Source: Dicyema japonicum
Lineage: Eukaryota > Animalia > Dicyemida
NCBI GenBank assembly: GCA_011109175.1
Contig: RDEW01000022.1
Span: 291,834-355,833, forward strand
Direction of reading: 5' to 3'
Length of the DNA: 64,000 bases
Shown here: one piece after another, positions 23,280 to 34,269 of the stretch
Layout: the number at the start of each line of letters is the position of its first letter
Numbering within the stretch: the stretch's first letter is position 1
Position numbers and translations under genes: made by a program
Notes under the pieces: model-generated
What the model saw: only the letters and a program-made list of their open reading frames with translations
Told to the model about the DNA's origin: nothing
The model's database searches: none

Positions 23280-24850
23280 TTTGCCAGTTTTCCCCTCCTC
23301 CTTAGTTAAGCCTAATCTGTATGTTCGAATTTCGGACTTTGGTTCTCATTGTGATAACCCCTATCCTCTTCTCGATAACACACTTAATTTTAGCAGGAGC
23401 TTATCTTCCCCCTTGGATATTTCATCCCTTATTCTTCTTTCCAAAGTCAATTCCGTTCTTTTTAGTAGGGATATGATTCTGTCATTTTTCGTGGAAAAAA
23501 ACCTTCCATATACACTCCGCTATAGTCAATACTTACTTCCCCCGAATAACGCAACGATTGCACATTTTCACTTGAAGTGTGTATTCTTGTAGTAATTGCT
23601 TCTTGACCCGACTGACACGTAGTGCATTAAACTTCTCATATGAGAATGTTAACCCTCTCATTTTACACCACTCTTCAATGATATATATAGTCATTCAGTC
23701 TCCTTTCCGCGAATTATTATACATATCCATTAGAATAATATAATCTGCGTATACTATATATGTATTATGACTTTGTGGTTTGGGTAAACTCGCCATAATG
23801 ATATTTAATAATATTTGACTTATACAGACTGTGGGACCCCTCTGATAAGTGAAATTCTATTTGAGACATTTCCTCCAACTTTCACGAAAGACTCTCCGCT
23901 CTTTAAGAAATTTCTTATTTAACTAAATAGGTATTTCGGAATATCCGGCAACACAAGCTGAGTCAGAAGGGCTTCATATTAAACACTGTCAAAAACCTTG
24001 GAAATATCCAGGCATAACAGGTTCAGCTGCCTTCTGCTGTAAATAGCTTTTAAGATTTCTAAATTCAGTAGGAAGAAACAATCTCCACAGGACCTTCCAG
24101 GAGGAAAACGCCTTTGGTGCGGGATCAAGAAATTAGTTTCTTCAATATGTTGACACAACGGTTTAAGATAATCCTCTGTATTATCTTCAAAATATAACAC
24201 ATAAGACTGATTGAGTATATCTCAGAGGATCACTCTTCGAATTCCCTGGTTTGGGGCCATTCACACTATAGATCTCTTCCATAAGAGTTTAATAAACCCA
24301 AGCCTGAGATTAAACATTTTTTTGTAGAATATCAAACATTGATGGATTTTTGGCAAACAGTTTCTGTAGAATATTAAACTTCCAGAATGATGGATTTCGG
24401 ACATGCATCTTCATAGAATCAGCGCCTCCATCCCGGTTTGTCTTATAACCATAACTGGTATTCTTAGAATTAAGATCACCAACTTCTTGTTGCGGAATGT
24501 TAATGGACCCTTCCATAGAATGTCAATGGATTTGCATCCGCTCAGCATTTGACTGTTCGCCTTCTTGACTTCGTCTCATTGACCACCAATATATCGACTT
24601 TGGAGGCCCCTGCAAGTAGTGCTAGTTCATTATGCCTTTTCTTTAAAGAGCGGACATTTATTAACACTATTTTTAGGTCCCCCGTAAACCATTTGGCTGA
24701 TCCTGGCAATTGGCAGTTTTCTACCATTTTTGAAGAACCGCCACACTCTCTCAGCAGAATGAGCCAGATCTCGAACAAAATCCAGATCTTCTTCCCTAAA
24801 ATAATTAAGGTAGGTTCTTCAAAAAGATTTGGAAAGTCTTTCATGTAAAT
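23280..24850 (-). mobile_element. Decayed CR1/L2-group LINE (APE and RT fragments)
   Basis: IVLINVRSLKKR..DILVVNETK (APE); HQRRFPPGRSC..LDISKVFDSV (RT). Confidence 0.6.
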
Positions 24851-25014
24851 TCACAATTTGTGGGCTCCAACACCAAAAGGAGAAGCAGCACTATTGGCGT
24901 CCACAATACAATCCTTGTCATTTCCTTTTTTAAATTCTGTTCTGAAGATACCAGATCCTTTATGAGTTATTCTCATCGATCCAGAGATGTCAAACGAATA
25001 CACGATGTTCACGC

Positions 25015-25230
25015 ATTAATGTCATGTGCCAGTGCTAGGGTGGCACGAAAAAAATCATTTGCTCTCCCTACTACACTGGAAGGGTTCTCAAAACTGCAAG
25101 TAATGGACTTCTTTATACTGGTTCTGGATGGACTTGTGTGACATTGGAAGAACTCAGTGGGAACTGGATACACTTTTAGTTGATAACTTATATTTCTGGC
25201 TGTGTCCTCGGTTAATAATAATAAATAAAG
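25015..25230 (+). mobile_element. Diverged, internally deleted copy of the short non-autonomous element
   Basis: P4 GTGCT/GGCAC, cacgaaaaaa.atcatttgctct, 3' stem GGATACA/TGTGTCC, (TAA)n tail. Confidence 0.7.
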
Positions 25231-26110
25231 CTGAGATAATGAAGTGATTATTTACCCCGACAACTGCCAGAGAAATCCTTTGGAAAAATCATTCGGTTTC
25301 CCGACACTTATTGGTCACTTTCGATATCATTGACCCAAGCGATTTATTAAAAAGATCGTCTTGGACCCGAAGACTCCACTCGTCTAGACGACAACGGGCT
25401 GCACATGGAATCTGGTGGAGAGGCTGTTGTATTTTCTTATTTTAGGGTTTTCAAATGCTCGTGCTTCCCTCTATCGACTCGGAATCTGAAAATGTTGACT
25501 GGGAAAAGGTTTCTGTGCCTGCCCCATTCCAAATCAAGCATTTCCCCAGAGACAGGGAAGACTGTGACCACGATCCAGAACCTACTGGTTCCAGAGATGA
25601 CAAGAGAGCCCTTCAAGATCTCGTTAAAGGCGTATACTTTGGAAACCAGCCACTGCTGCATCGACTAAAAAGGGGTAAAGCCCTTTGCAGTCCACAACAG
25701 ATCCATATCGGCAGGGATGAGCACAGGTCAACCTGAGACAAACGGAAAGACCGATTCGAAGTGCATCCTGATCCAGAAAGGAACCAATTGAAGAGGATGG
25801 GAAAGTATGCAGTCAAACACCGAAGTAGAGGCCCCAGGCTTACCATTGTAAGCTCAGCACAAACAGTCATAACTAACTAATCCAAGGAAGGAACCAAAAG
25901 GAGAACATCTGCTTGTGCCAACCAAATCCATCTTCCAATACTCTCTTCCGCTTCCGAAGAGAGGTGGGAAAGTAGGTCACCCCTCTTCCATTTTTGTCCC
26001 ACGTCTTACCGCCGCGAATGCAACTGTGTCGTGCCAGAAGGACTAGTCGTCTCACGAGTGGGATCTGTTTGTTGACAAAAATTTACCTTCGCTGAAAATT
26101 CCATCTTTCA

Positions 26111-26164
26111 GATTTGAACCCACGACCTTCTGATCCGATTTCATCAAACGTTAACGCTCAGCCA
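26111..26164 (-). promoter_or_regulatory. tRNA-derived Pol III A/B box pair (SINE head or tRNA pseudogene)
   Basis: Minus strand TGGCTGAGCGTT (A box), ~32 nt, then GGTTCAAATC (B box). The cloverleaf arms do not pair well. Confidence 0.5.
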
Positions 26165-26346
26165 GAAGTGAAGAGAGTGACAGAATGATAGCCCGAATTT
26201 TAAAATAGTGATAGAAAAAAATTAAATTAAAATACAGCAAACCCTCATTAATCCGAACAAAAAAATTTGGATGCTTCTCAGATTGTGAAGGAAATAAATA
26301 TACTAATTTCATTTTAATTAATATTTATTTTTCATATATAAAAATA

Positions 26347-26660
26347 ATGTGGTGCTGCGTGTGGTTGAAGTTTTCCGCTTGCTTGTCTGTTCCTCCTTTC
26401 TCTTCCTAATAGAGTGGCGTCATGTGATCCACCTGTCTAGGTGACGCCCAGTGCCAGGCCGGCACGAAAAAGGATCATTTGCTCTTCACCACTCCACTGG
26501 AGGGGTTTTCACAACTGCATGTAATGGACGTCTTACCTTTTATGCTGATTCCGGATGGACTCTGTTTCTGTAGAAGTGGAAACTGGATACACTTAATTAG
26601 TTGGTTACTTTAACTTCTTTCTCGGTGTATCCGGGGTTAATAAATTAAAAAATAAATAAA
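26347..26660 (+). mobile_element. Short (~310 nt) non-autonomous retroelement with the HDV-like 5' module and the family 3' stem-loop
   Basis: Structured module 26416-26477, 3' stem GGATACAC/GTGTATCC (26585-26632), A-rich tail. Second copy at 47342-47650. Confidence 0.8.
26416..26477 (+). ncRNA. Putative HDV-like ribozyme fold in the short element
   Basis: P1 GGCGUC/GACGCC, P2 UGAUCC/GGAUCA, P3 ACC/GGU, P4 GUGCC/GGCAC, J4/2 (C)GAAAAA. Confidence 0.6.
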
Positions 26661-27159
26661 TTTTCAGCATCAATAAATTCCTCGTCGACATTATAATCTT
26701 CACAAAAAAATTCGTTCTAGTCGAGCATTTCTGCTTGAGTTATTTTTTCTTCATTAGAAAGTTCTTCCAGTTCTTTTTTGTACTCATTCAAAGCAGGATC
26801 TTGATGATATCTTTATTATCAAATTAATAGAGACATTTAATTTCCCATGTCCTATTGAAACAATTTTTATTGTGCCTTTTTTACTTCACGCGTGAGATAT
26901 CATGATTATGGCCTTCCGTAAATTCACAACATTTATTTTTCCGAATCAAGAACTTACATGTAATCCAAAATAAGTATTTTTCACAATAATGATTAAAGTT
27001 ATTGATTATGCCTGAATTCATTGGTTGAAGATGAGCAGTTATGTTTTTTGGAAGAACTAAAATTTTAATTTTCAAAAGATTTCGTTAAAAAGTGGCTTGG
27101 AGTATTATCTATCAGTAAAAAGAACTTTTTTCCTTAATATTTTAATTCATATTAAGGAA

Positions 27160-27420
27160 TGGAGCATGTTCTGCCACTGAGAAGGCTGAGAAGATGAAAC
27201 GGGAAAAGTACGCGGTCCTACCCATGGATTTTTGTCTGTTCCACTCGCCGTTGAGACGTCTGGTTCCCTTGCGCCTGAGATTCTTGAATCGTCTAGGGAA
27301 TCGGATCGCTACACGAACAGGAGACCCTCATGAGCCCTGCTGGTTATTTGAGCGAATCTCGCTCGCTATCCTGAGAGGGAATAGCCACGCAGTCAGGGCA
27401 GCCGCTATGTAACTGTTTAC
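27160..27420 (+). mobile_element. CRE-clade 3' fragment (RLE C-terminus)
   Basis: EKYAVL..FLNRLGNRIATRTGDPHEPCWLFERISLAILRGNSHAVRAAAM, highly similar to 4440-4700. Confidence 0.75.
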
Positions 27421-29169
27421 TCTCTTGTCTTTTTTTAATAGAAAGTTTTAATTCATCGCTAAGATGACTGATGAGAACATTAAAAAGTACCCTTTTATTT
27501 GCATAGTAAATAATTTTCTAAGTCAAAATCTTTTAAACATCTCGGTCTTTGACTTGAAAATAACAAAAGGTTTAGTTTTTTGTTCCAGTTGCTTTAGCTA
27601 TGGTGATTCTCATATTTGATTGCTTTATGCTCATTATTTTTTATATGAAATTGTTCTACATAGAAAGATTAAAAAAGATTCCAATTTCATCCATGTTTAG
27701 CAATACGTCAAAGTCAACTTCTTTTAACTTATCAATCATATTTTTCTATTCAAATTAATTTCATCTTGTGTTAAGCTTTTTGGTTCCGTAAGAACTTTTA
27801 ATTTAAGATTAAATCTTCCTTTGAATCTGTGTAGCCTTTACTAAATTCAGATCACTGAATCAACCTTTTCACCAAATATCTTAGCTTTTGGAATGATGAT
27901 ATCTTCAGTAATAACACCATTGGTTGCATCCTTCCTTGAAATCATTCAACAAGAGAATTATCAAGTTCACGTTTTCCAGTTTTTTCACTTAATTTTTGAG
28001 TTTCGAAATTCCCAAATAAAATTTAATTTTTATTTCACAGATATGGGCTAATTCTTTTCTCGGAGAATTACATGAATCATATAAAAAGTTAAATCTTATT
28101 GATACTGTATTGTTTGTGAAAATGGCATGGGAAGATGTGAAATTTCAACAACTTCTATCTGTTTTAAACGTCCAGAACGTACAGAATGCGAATCAGAACT
28201 TACTAACATAAATGTAACTGATGAAATCGTATCCAGAACAGATATTTATGATCCTATTGAAATAGAATTTATTTCAATTAATAATAATAATTTTTTTTGA
28301 TATTAAGCGAATAATAATTAAAAAAAATAAATTCTCTTTTACTTTAAAAAAGTTTATTTTTAAATAAATTAAAACTTAATTTATTTAAATATTATTAATT
28401 AAACTTAAAATGCATCGGATCACGTGATAATTAGTTTTGTTTTACCGTGGTCTTGGGTTAAATAAATAAAAAAATAAAAAACTTCAAATAAAATTTTATT
28501 CTGAAATCTGCCAATTCTCAAATTTTCATAATTTCGCTCGAGCCAAAAACGACAATTTGAGAGAGTTTACTGTAAGTTAAAATTTGTAACCAAAATCGCA
28601 GAACCGACCCAAGAAATGTTGGATGCCCGTAGGACTCAATTTCGAATCCTTCCAAAATTAAAAAAAATCAGAGGACCATCTGTTACAATCAGCACAATGT
28701 GTGATGATACTGATTAAGAAAATCCCAATAAATACTAATCTAATTAATAATCCTGTTCCATCTCAATATTAGATAACTGTTTATTTCTTCAAAGACGACA
28801 TCCCAAATGTTTATGTACTTGCAGTTTCTTTAGTTAAGTGTTCCCTGATTTGGTTATACTGTCCAGGAGCAGCAAGAATGGGCAAGATTGGTTATAAAGG
28901 ACATAAATACATTTTCATTAGAGTTTAGTCATCGACCTTATTTAATAATGATTGACCTATAGCACATTTAGTTAACCCTTATTAATGATTTAGTTTTTTC
29001 TAATTTATTAATCTCTTGAACACTAATTTTTTGCCAAAAATATCATTTATATCAAATTTTATATGTGGAATCTCAAACAGACCACCTCCTAACAGATCCA
29101 TTGGACAACTTAATATGATCCCTAATAGTCCTTACAAGACAATATAAATAAAATAACTATTAAAAAATC

Positions 29170-30586
29170 AGAAAGTTTTTCTTTTAAAAATTAGTCCATC
29201 AAAAGTTATATCCGTCATCATTGGGGACAAATCGATATCTAACAATAAACCACCAAACTCAAACCAAAATCACTCTCAGAATCATCATCCAAAACACTCT
29301 CAAATTTTGTCTGCTTGGTCTTTTCGTCCTCTTTATTCGTCGTGGACACCTGAAAATTTATAAACTTTGTACGGTTTTCTTCAAAATTAGGGCACATTAA
29401 AGGAGGATAAAATTCAGACGGTTCTTCAATGTTATTAAATAGATCAATTGACATTCCCCCGAAATCATCTTTCATAATATCCTTCCTAGATTGTAAATAT
29501 GATAATGCGAAGCTACAGTCACAAAACGTGCAAACCGTGGTTTCTCATATTCTTCATCACAAGAATCGCCAAAATCAACTTTATTTCCCGCCTCAAAATT
29601 AAATCCTCCATCTTTATTATGTTGGCGGCTGATTTTGGTCCAGTTTCGATCTTGAGATTCTTTGTTCACGTTGCGTTCAACTCCGCTTCAATTTTTGGTT
29701 CAAACCTCTGCGATCTTCTGATTTGAGTCTCCGCATTAGCTTCATCTCTCTTATTCCGATATCTGTCACGAGTTACATCATCCCGTCGATCATATCTCCT
29801 AGGAGCTTCACGGCTCGAGCGTTCTTGCACGTGGTCTCTTCTATTGTAAGGGGTGTAAGCGGAATATGGCCTCCTATCAGGTCTTCCACGTATGGAAGAA
29901 TGAAAATCGAAATTTGTGGAATAATATATCTTCCCCGACGAAGTTTTAGTAAAATCACATAAAACATCTACAAAATTAATGGACATTTACTTTCACCAAC
30001 TGGTCTCTGACTCCGATGAATTCTGGGTCTATTTTGGGGGTATTCATAGACGTAATCCGATCTCGTATCCCTAAATGATTCCTCTTTGCGAGGGTTCTCG
30101 GATTTGGAGGCAATGTCAGTCCTTCTTGAGTATGGGAGATTAGAATCTGAGTCAAAGTTGCTATTATTATAGGATTTGGGAGCAATGTCAGTCCTTCTTG
30201 AGTATGGGAGATTAGAATCTGAGTCAAAGTTGCTATTATTATAGGATTTCGGAGCAATGTCAGTCCTTTTAGAGTACGGGAGAATAGGATCTGGTTCAAA
30301 GTCCCTATCATTGTAGGGTTGGTGAACATATCGTGGTTGTTTCCTGTTAAGTTCTCCAGCTCTGAATTATAGAGAAATGCCAACTGTATTTTTCTGTATT
30401 GGGGCGCGAATGATAACAGAGCCTGAGAAACCCTGCCCATTCTGTTGTGCAGTCAAAATATCTTGTTGGACGGTCTATGTAAAGAATATTAGTACCTTGT
30501 AGTATTCCTCGTCTTCCTTGTTTTTTAGGGAAATTTCCTTAATTTTTTCGTCAAGTAGCTTTTCGTTCTAAAGTTAGTTAAAAGAT
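29170..30586 (-). CDS. Orphan hydrophilic protein with N-terminal coiled coil (weakly CCDC9-like) and 24-aa tandem repeats; 21-26-nt introns, indels
   Basis: MSNFTIDEE|NEKLLDEKIKEISLKNKEDEEYYK|TVQQD with introns gtaatc..ttag, gtacta..atag, gttggc..tcag, gtaaat..gtag. Two frame breaks are unexplained. Confidence 0.5.
30100..30300 (-). repeat. 72-bp tandem repeat, ~2.7 copies (TDIAPKSYNNSNFDSDSNLPYSRR)
   Basis: caatgtcagtcc recurs at 30111, 30183 and 30255. Confidence 0.95.
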
Positions 30587-30880
30587 TACTTCCTCATCAA
30601 TCGTAAAATTTGACATTACTACTAAAACTTTAAAATAAATAAATAATAAATTTAATTTAAAAATAAAAAAATCTATTTAAAAAGTTAATTTAAAAATTTA
30701 AAAGACATACTACAAGTTAGAATTAAATCTACGTTCGTTATTTACATTATATTCTTTTTCTCTTTAGCGCTTTAAATCGATACCGCCATAATTTTCAAAT
30801 TATCCTTTAATTTGCTTTGTTAACTTCCTGTTCTTCGGTTACTTCCTTATTATTTATGATAATTCCATATTTTACTTAAA

Positions 30881-33192
30881 CTAGACACCTGCGCACGCTC
30901 CTCGTACACATGGTCTAGCTCTATGTTGTTTGATGATGTTGTTATTAATAAAAGAAAGATTTTAATTAAAAAGAGATGTATCATAAACTATCTGGGAACA
31001 CCTAAAACGATGTTTATTGTTTTACCGGTTGTATCCACCATGACTTTTACCTAAAATAAAACATAATTAATGTATCTCACATTCTCTTTAAATTTTCCCC
31101 TGCTCAAAGCAACGTAGAGTTGTCCATGTTGAAACACAGGTCTTTCCAAACGCACAAATACCTTGTTCATCGTCTGTCCATGAGCTCTGTGTATAGTCAT
31201 AGCGAAACATATTTTCATTGGAAATTGCGTTTTTTTTAACAGTATGCTCTCCAAACAGATTTTAATTCTTGGAATCATTCGCGTGGCGCCATGTGGTGCT
31301 ACGTGGATAGTTGTAGTTTCCTTCCTTCCGATGGCGTCACTTGATTTACCTTACTGAGGAGTCTCCCAATGCCTGGCCGGAAGATCCAACAATTCTTCCA
31401 GGGGACAACGTCGTTACCTGGTGACAAATTCTTAATTACTAAATCGCCTTTAAATTGACCAAGTAGTATTTTCCAACAGTCAAATTCTTGTGCAACTCAA
31501 TCACGACTAAACGTGTCCCATTACATGGTTTGGGAGGCTGCAAATTTTTCATCAACGTGATTGGATAACCAATTTTTAATTCTAATAAATGATCTGGAAG
31601 TCCCGAGATTTCAACAGACTGTAAAAAATCTTCCGGGTAATGGGTGCGATTATGACCATTTTTTACTCCATTAAACGAAACATAATTTGTTTGAAAACCG
31701 GGAAACCGTATATAAATTATTAACTTCTTTAACCATATTATCTGTTACTAATATACAATTATTAACAAATAAGGAAAATGGATCGGAGAAAAATAAAAAA
31801 GATATTCTACTCTCGAATCTGGAGGTAACGTTATATTCTGATTAATGTCCTTAAATATTTTATTTTCCCCAACACGCAATAAAAATTCTGAATGTGATAG
31901 AGAGGCATCCGAAATTCGCATATTTATAGTTAACTCACATTTATTCATGTGTCTCCATAAATATGATTTTTTAATGCAGACATTGATAATATCTGCATTT
32001 GTGCCTCTCTTCACGATTGGAAGAATTTGACGGAAATCACCGCATAACACGGTTAAAATTCCTCCAAAAAACGACTACAATTTTTTGACATTCTGGAGGG
32101 TTCTATCCACCACTTCAAAACACTCTTTTAAATAATAGGACTTTCCCATACGATTATATTAGTAAGTTTGAACAATTTTGCAATGTTTGAATTTTTAGGA
32201 ATTGGCAATTAGAATTGTTAAAAATTTTTATTGTATTTTAAACCTCAAATTATTTTCAAAACAATGAATAATATAATCAGAAATCAATTTTTGTTGATGA
32301 ATTAATTTATAATCAATTTTGCTGATGATTACTTAAAAAATCTTCCATATTTCAGAAATTAATAATGAATTGCATTATTAGTTTCTGAATTTACAGGAAT
32401 ATTAGTGGGAGTAGGTAAATTGAAATCACTTAATGATTTATCAAAGAAATAATTTATCTTGAATATGTGAATTATATCTATCTTGGCATTATTGTATGAA
32501 ACGAAATCTTCAGACATGTGAATATGGAAATCATTAAAGACAATGGATCAGAAGTATCAAGGTTCAATAATAAAATAACAAATAGATCAGGCATCGCGCG
32601 TGGAAATTGCGTTGATTTAGCATCTTCCATTATCAATAAATACTGATCATCATGCAGAAATAAACCACGTGATTCACAAACACTCTTAGAAGAATTATGT
32701 AAAACTCCTTAAAAATTCAAAAGAGGTTGGTATATCTTCACGGGAAATTGCGTTCTTTCACCGTATGCTATTCTGCTATACTGTTCTGCTGATTCTTCAG
32801 CTAGCATTTGTTTGCCATGTGTTCTCAATTCAGCTTACCGATTGCTATGCTGTTCTGCCGATTCTTCAATCCGCAATTGTTGTGTACATGTCCTCAATGC
32901 GGCTAACCGACTCTTATGCTGTTTTGCTAATTCTTCATCCCATTTGTAGTGCATGTTTCCTCAATTGCATTAAACGATCACTATGTTGCTCTTTAGTTTC
33001 ATTAAATCGGGCATTTCCCATTGCAATTCTCTATTTGAGTACGATCTGTAAAAATCGGTTTTCTCTTTCCAAAAAACATCACCAACAAAATTAAATTAAT
33101 ATCACGCTAATAACCAATTTAAACACATATTAAGCACGCTATAATAACCAATTTAACAATAACCAATTTAAACACGTAGTTTCATATATAGA
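30881..33192 (-). mobile_element. Internally deleted Helitron with PIF1-like helicase remnants
   Basis: 5' A|TCTATATAT at 33192. 3' hairpin GTGTACG/CGTGCGC then CTAG|T at 30881. Motifs GDFRQILP, CNGTRL, QFP..FAMTIHRAHGQT, HGQLYVALSR. Confidence 0.85.
31281..31437 (+). mobile_element. ~157-nt insert carrying the Ingi/Vingi-like 5' signature, antisense within the Helitron helicase
   Basis: Starts gcgtGGCGCCATGTGGTGC, with P1 partner TGGCGTC at 31332-31338. The helicase reads GDLV|MIPRI across it. Confidence 0.6.
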
Positions 33193-33269
33193 TTCGAACG
33201 TGATATACGTAGTAAGTAGCTTAAATTAGATATCAAACATTAACCATTTTGTTTCATTTATAACCAAGG

Positions 33270-33664
33270 TGCTGGAGGAAGACGAAAAATTGATGCTTTT
33301 GAGCTGTGGTGACGGAGGAAGTTACTAAAAATCCCTTGGACTTCCAAAATAATAAAAATCGATGTACTCAAACGGGTAGAGACTGACATTTCGCTAGAAG
33401 GAAGAATCGTAAAACACGGATTGGCGTTCTTTGGGCATGTTGTCCGCTCTGATTCACTGGAAAGAACCATTATGCTGAGCAATATTACTGGGAAGAAAAG
33501 ACCTGGCCGACCAAGGACTCGATAGCAATCCACGGTGGAAGACGTCACGGGAATGCCTATATCAAGGCTACTCCAAATTGCAACGGATCGGGGAGAGTGG
33601 AGGAAACTCGTTCATGAGATCTCCAAGGGTCGGACACGACTTAATTGGACAACATAACATAACA
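33270..33664 (+). mobile_element. BovB-like RTE 3' fragment with TSD
   Basis: KIDAFELW..RRKLLKIPWT..FFGHVVRSDSLERTIML..GRPRTR..WRKLVHEISKGRTRL; (ACATA)n tail; 12-bp TSD TTATAACCAAGG (33258-33269 and 33665-33676). Confidence 0.85.
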
Positions 33665-33849
33665 TTATAACCAAGGAAAAAGTTTTAAATCTGATTCATT
33701 CACTTTTTCGACAATTTTGTTATTTGTTCAAAACTTTTTTTAAATTAAAATCCGTTCATTTATCTGCGATTTATGGTGGCACAAACATACAACATTGAGC
33801 TTTAATAAGTATATGTCCACTGATCATAGTGATAGGTCCTTTCATAAGT

Positions 33850-34240
33850 CCTCCAATATCAATTTACATGTAATTTGGTAAAAATAGCCAACAACGTTCA
33901 GATCATGAGGCACATACAATCAGACTCCACATCCGTCCCCAGTCTGTTTTCAGAGGAGGCGACGTTGAAAAATGGCCAGGGTTTCATACGTTTCTGCAAG
34001 GAACTGGGAAACCCACTCAAGGAAAAAATAGCCCATGCAAAGGAATTTCGGTCGGTTATAAGAAAAAAAGTGCACGCCGATTGAATTCCTTTGCAGAAGG
34101 AAGAGAAGGCGCTTCCGGAATGCGGTTGGGTCATCAGAAGACCAGATGAAGAGAGTTCGAATGTTGTTGGAGGCTGGGATCACCTAATTAGTTAGTTTTG
34201 ACCTATCTTTCTTGGTGGTCTTGAAGTTAAATAAATAAAT
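33850..34240 (+). mobile_element. Ingi/Vingi-like 3' end
   Basis: FCKELGNPLKEK..MLLEAGIT-TAA-TTAG-TTAG, stem GGGATCACC/GGTGGTCTT, (TAAA)n tail. Confidence 0.75.
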
Positions 34241-34269
34241 TTTAACATAAGGCTGCGAAACGTTGACTT

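Larger units (their letters stand above)
26235..28572 (-). mobile_element. pogo/Tigger-family DNA transposon remnant carrying three nested insertions
   Basis: TA-flanked ends CAGCAAACCCTC (26235) and CAGTAAACTCTC (reverse complement, ending 28572). Transposase fragments LPKNITAHLQPMNSGII and NMDEIG. Confidence 0.55.

Noticed and set aside
29976-30440. 154-aa hydrophobic repeat ORF as a membrane protein
   Set aside because: Splice signals and flanking exons favour the hydrophilic alternative frame.
33258-33548. Minus-strand 96-aa ORF, and similar antisense ORFs at 1444, 6986, 16641, 49629 and 51733
   Set aside because: Antisense to recognisable RT, APE or WDR3 coding sequence.
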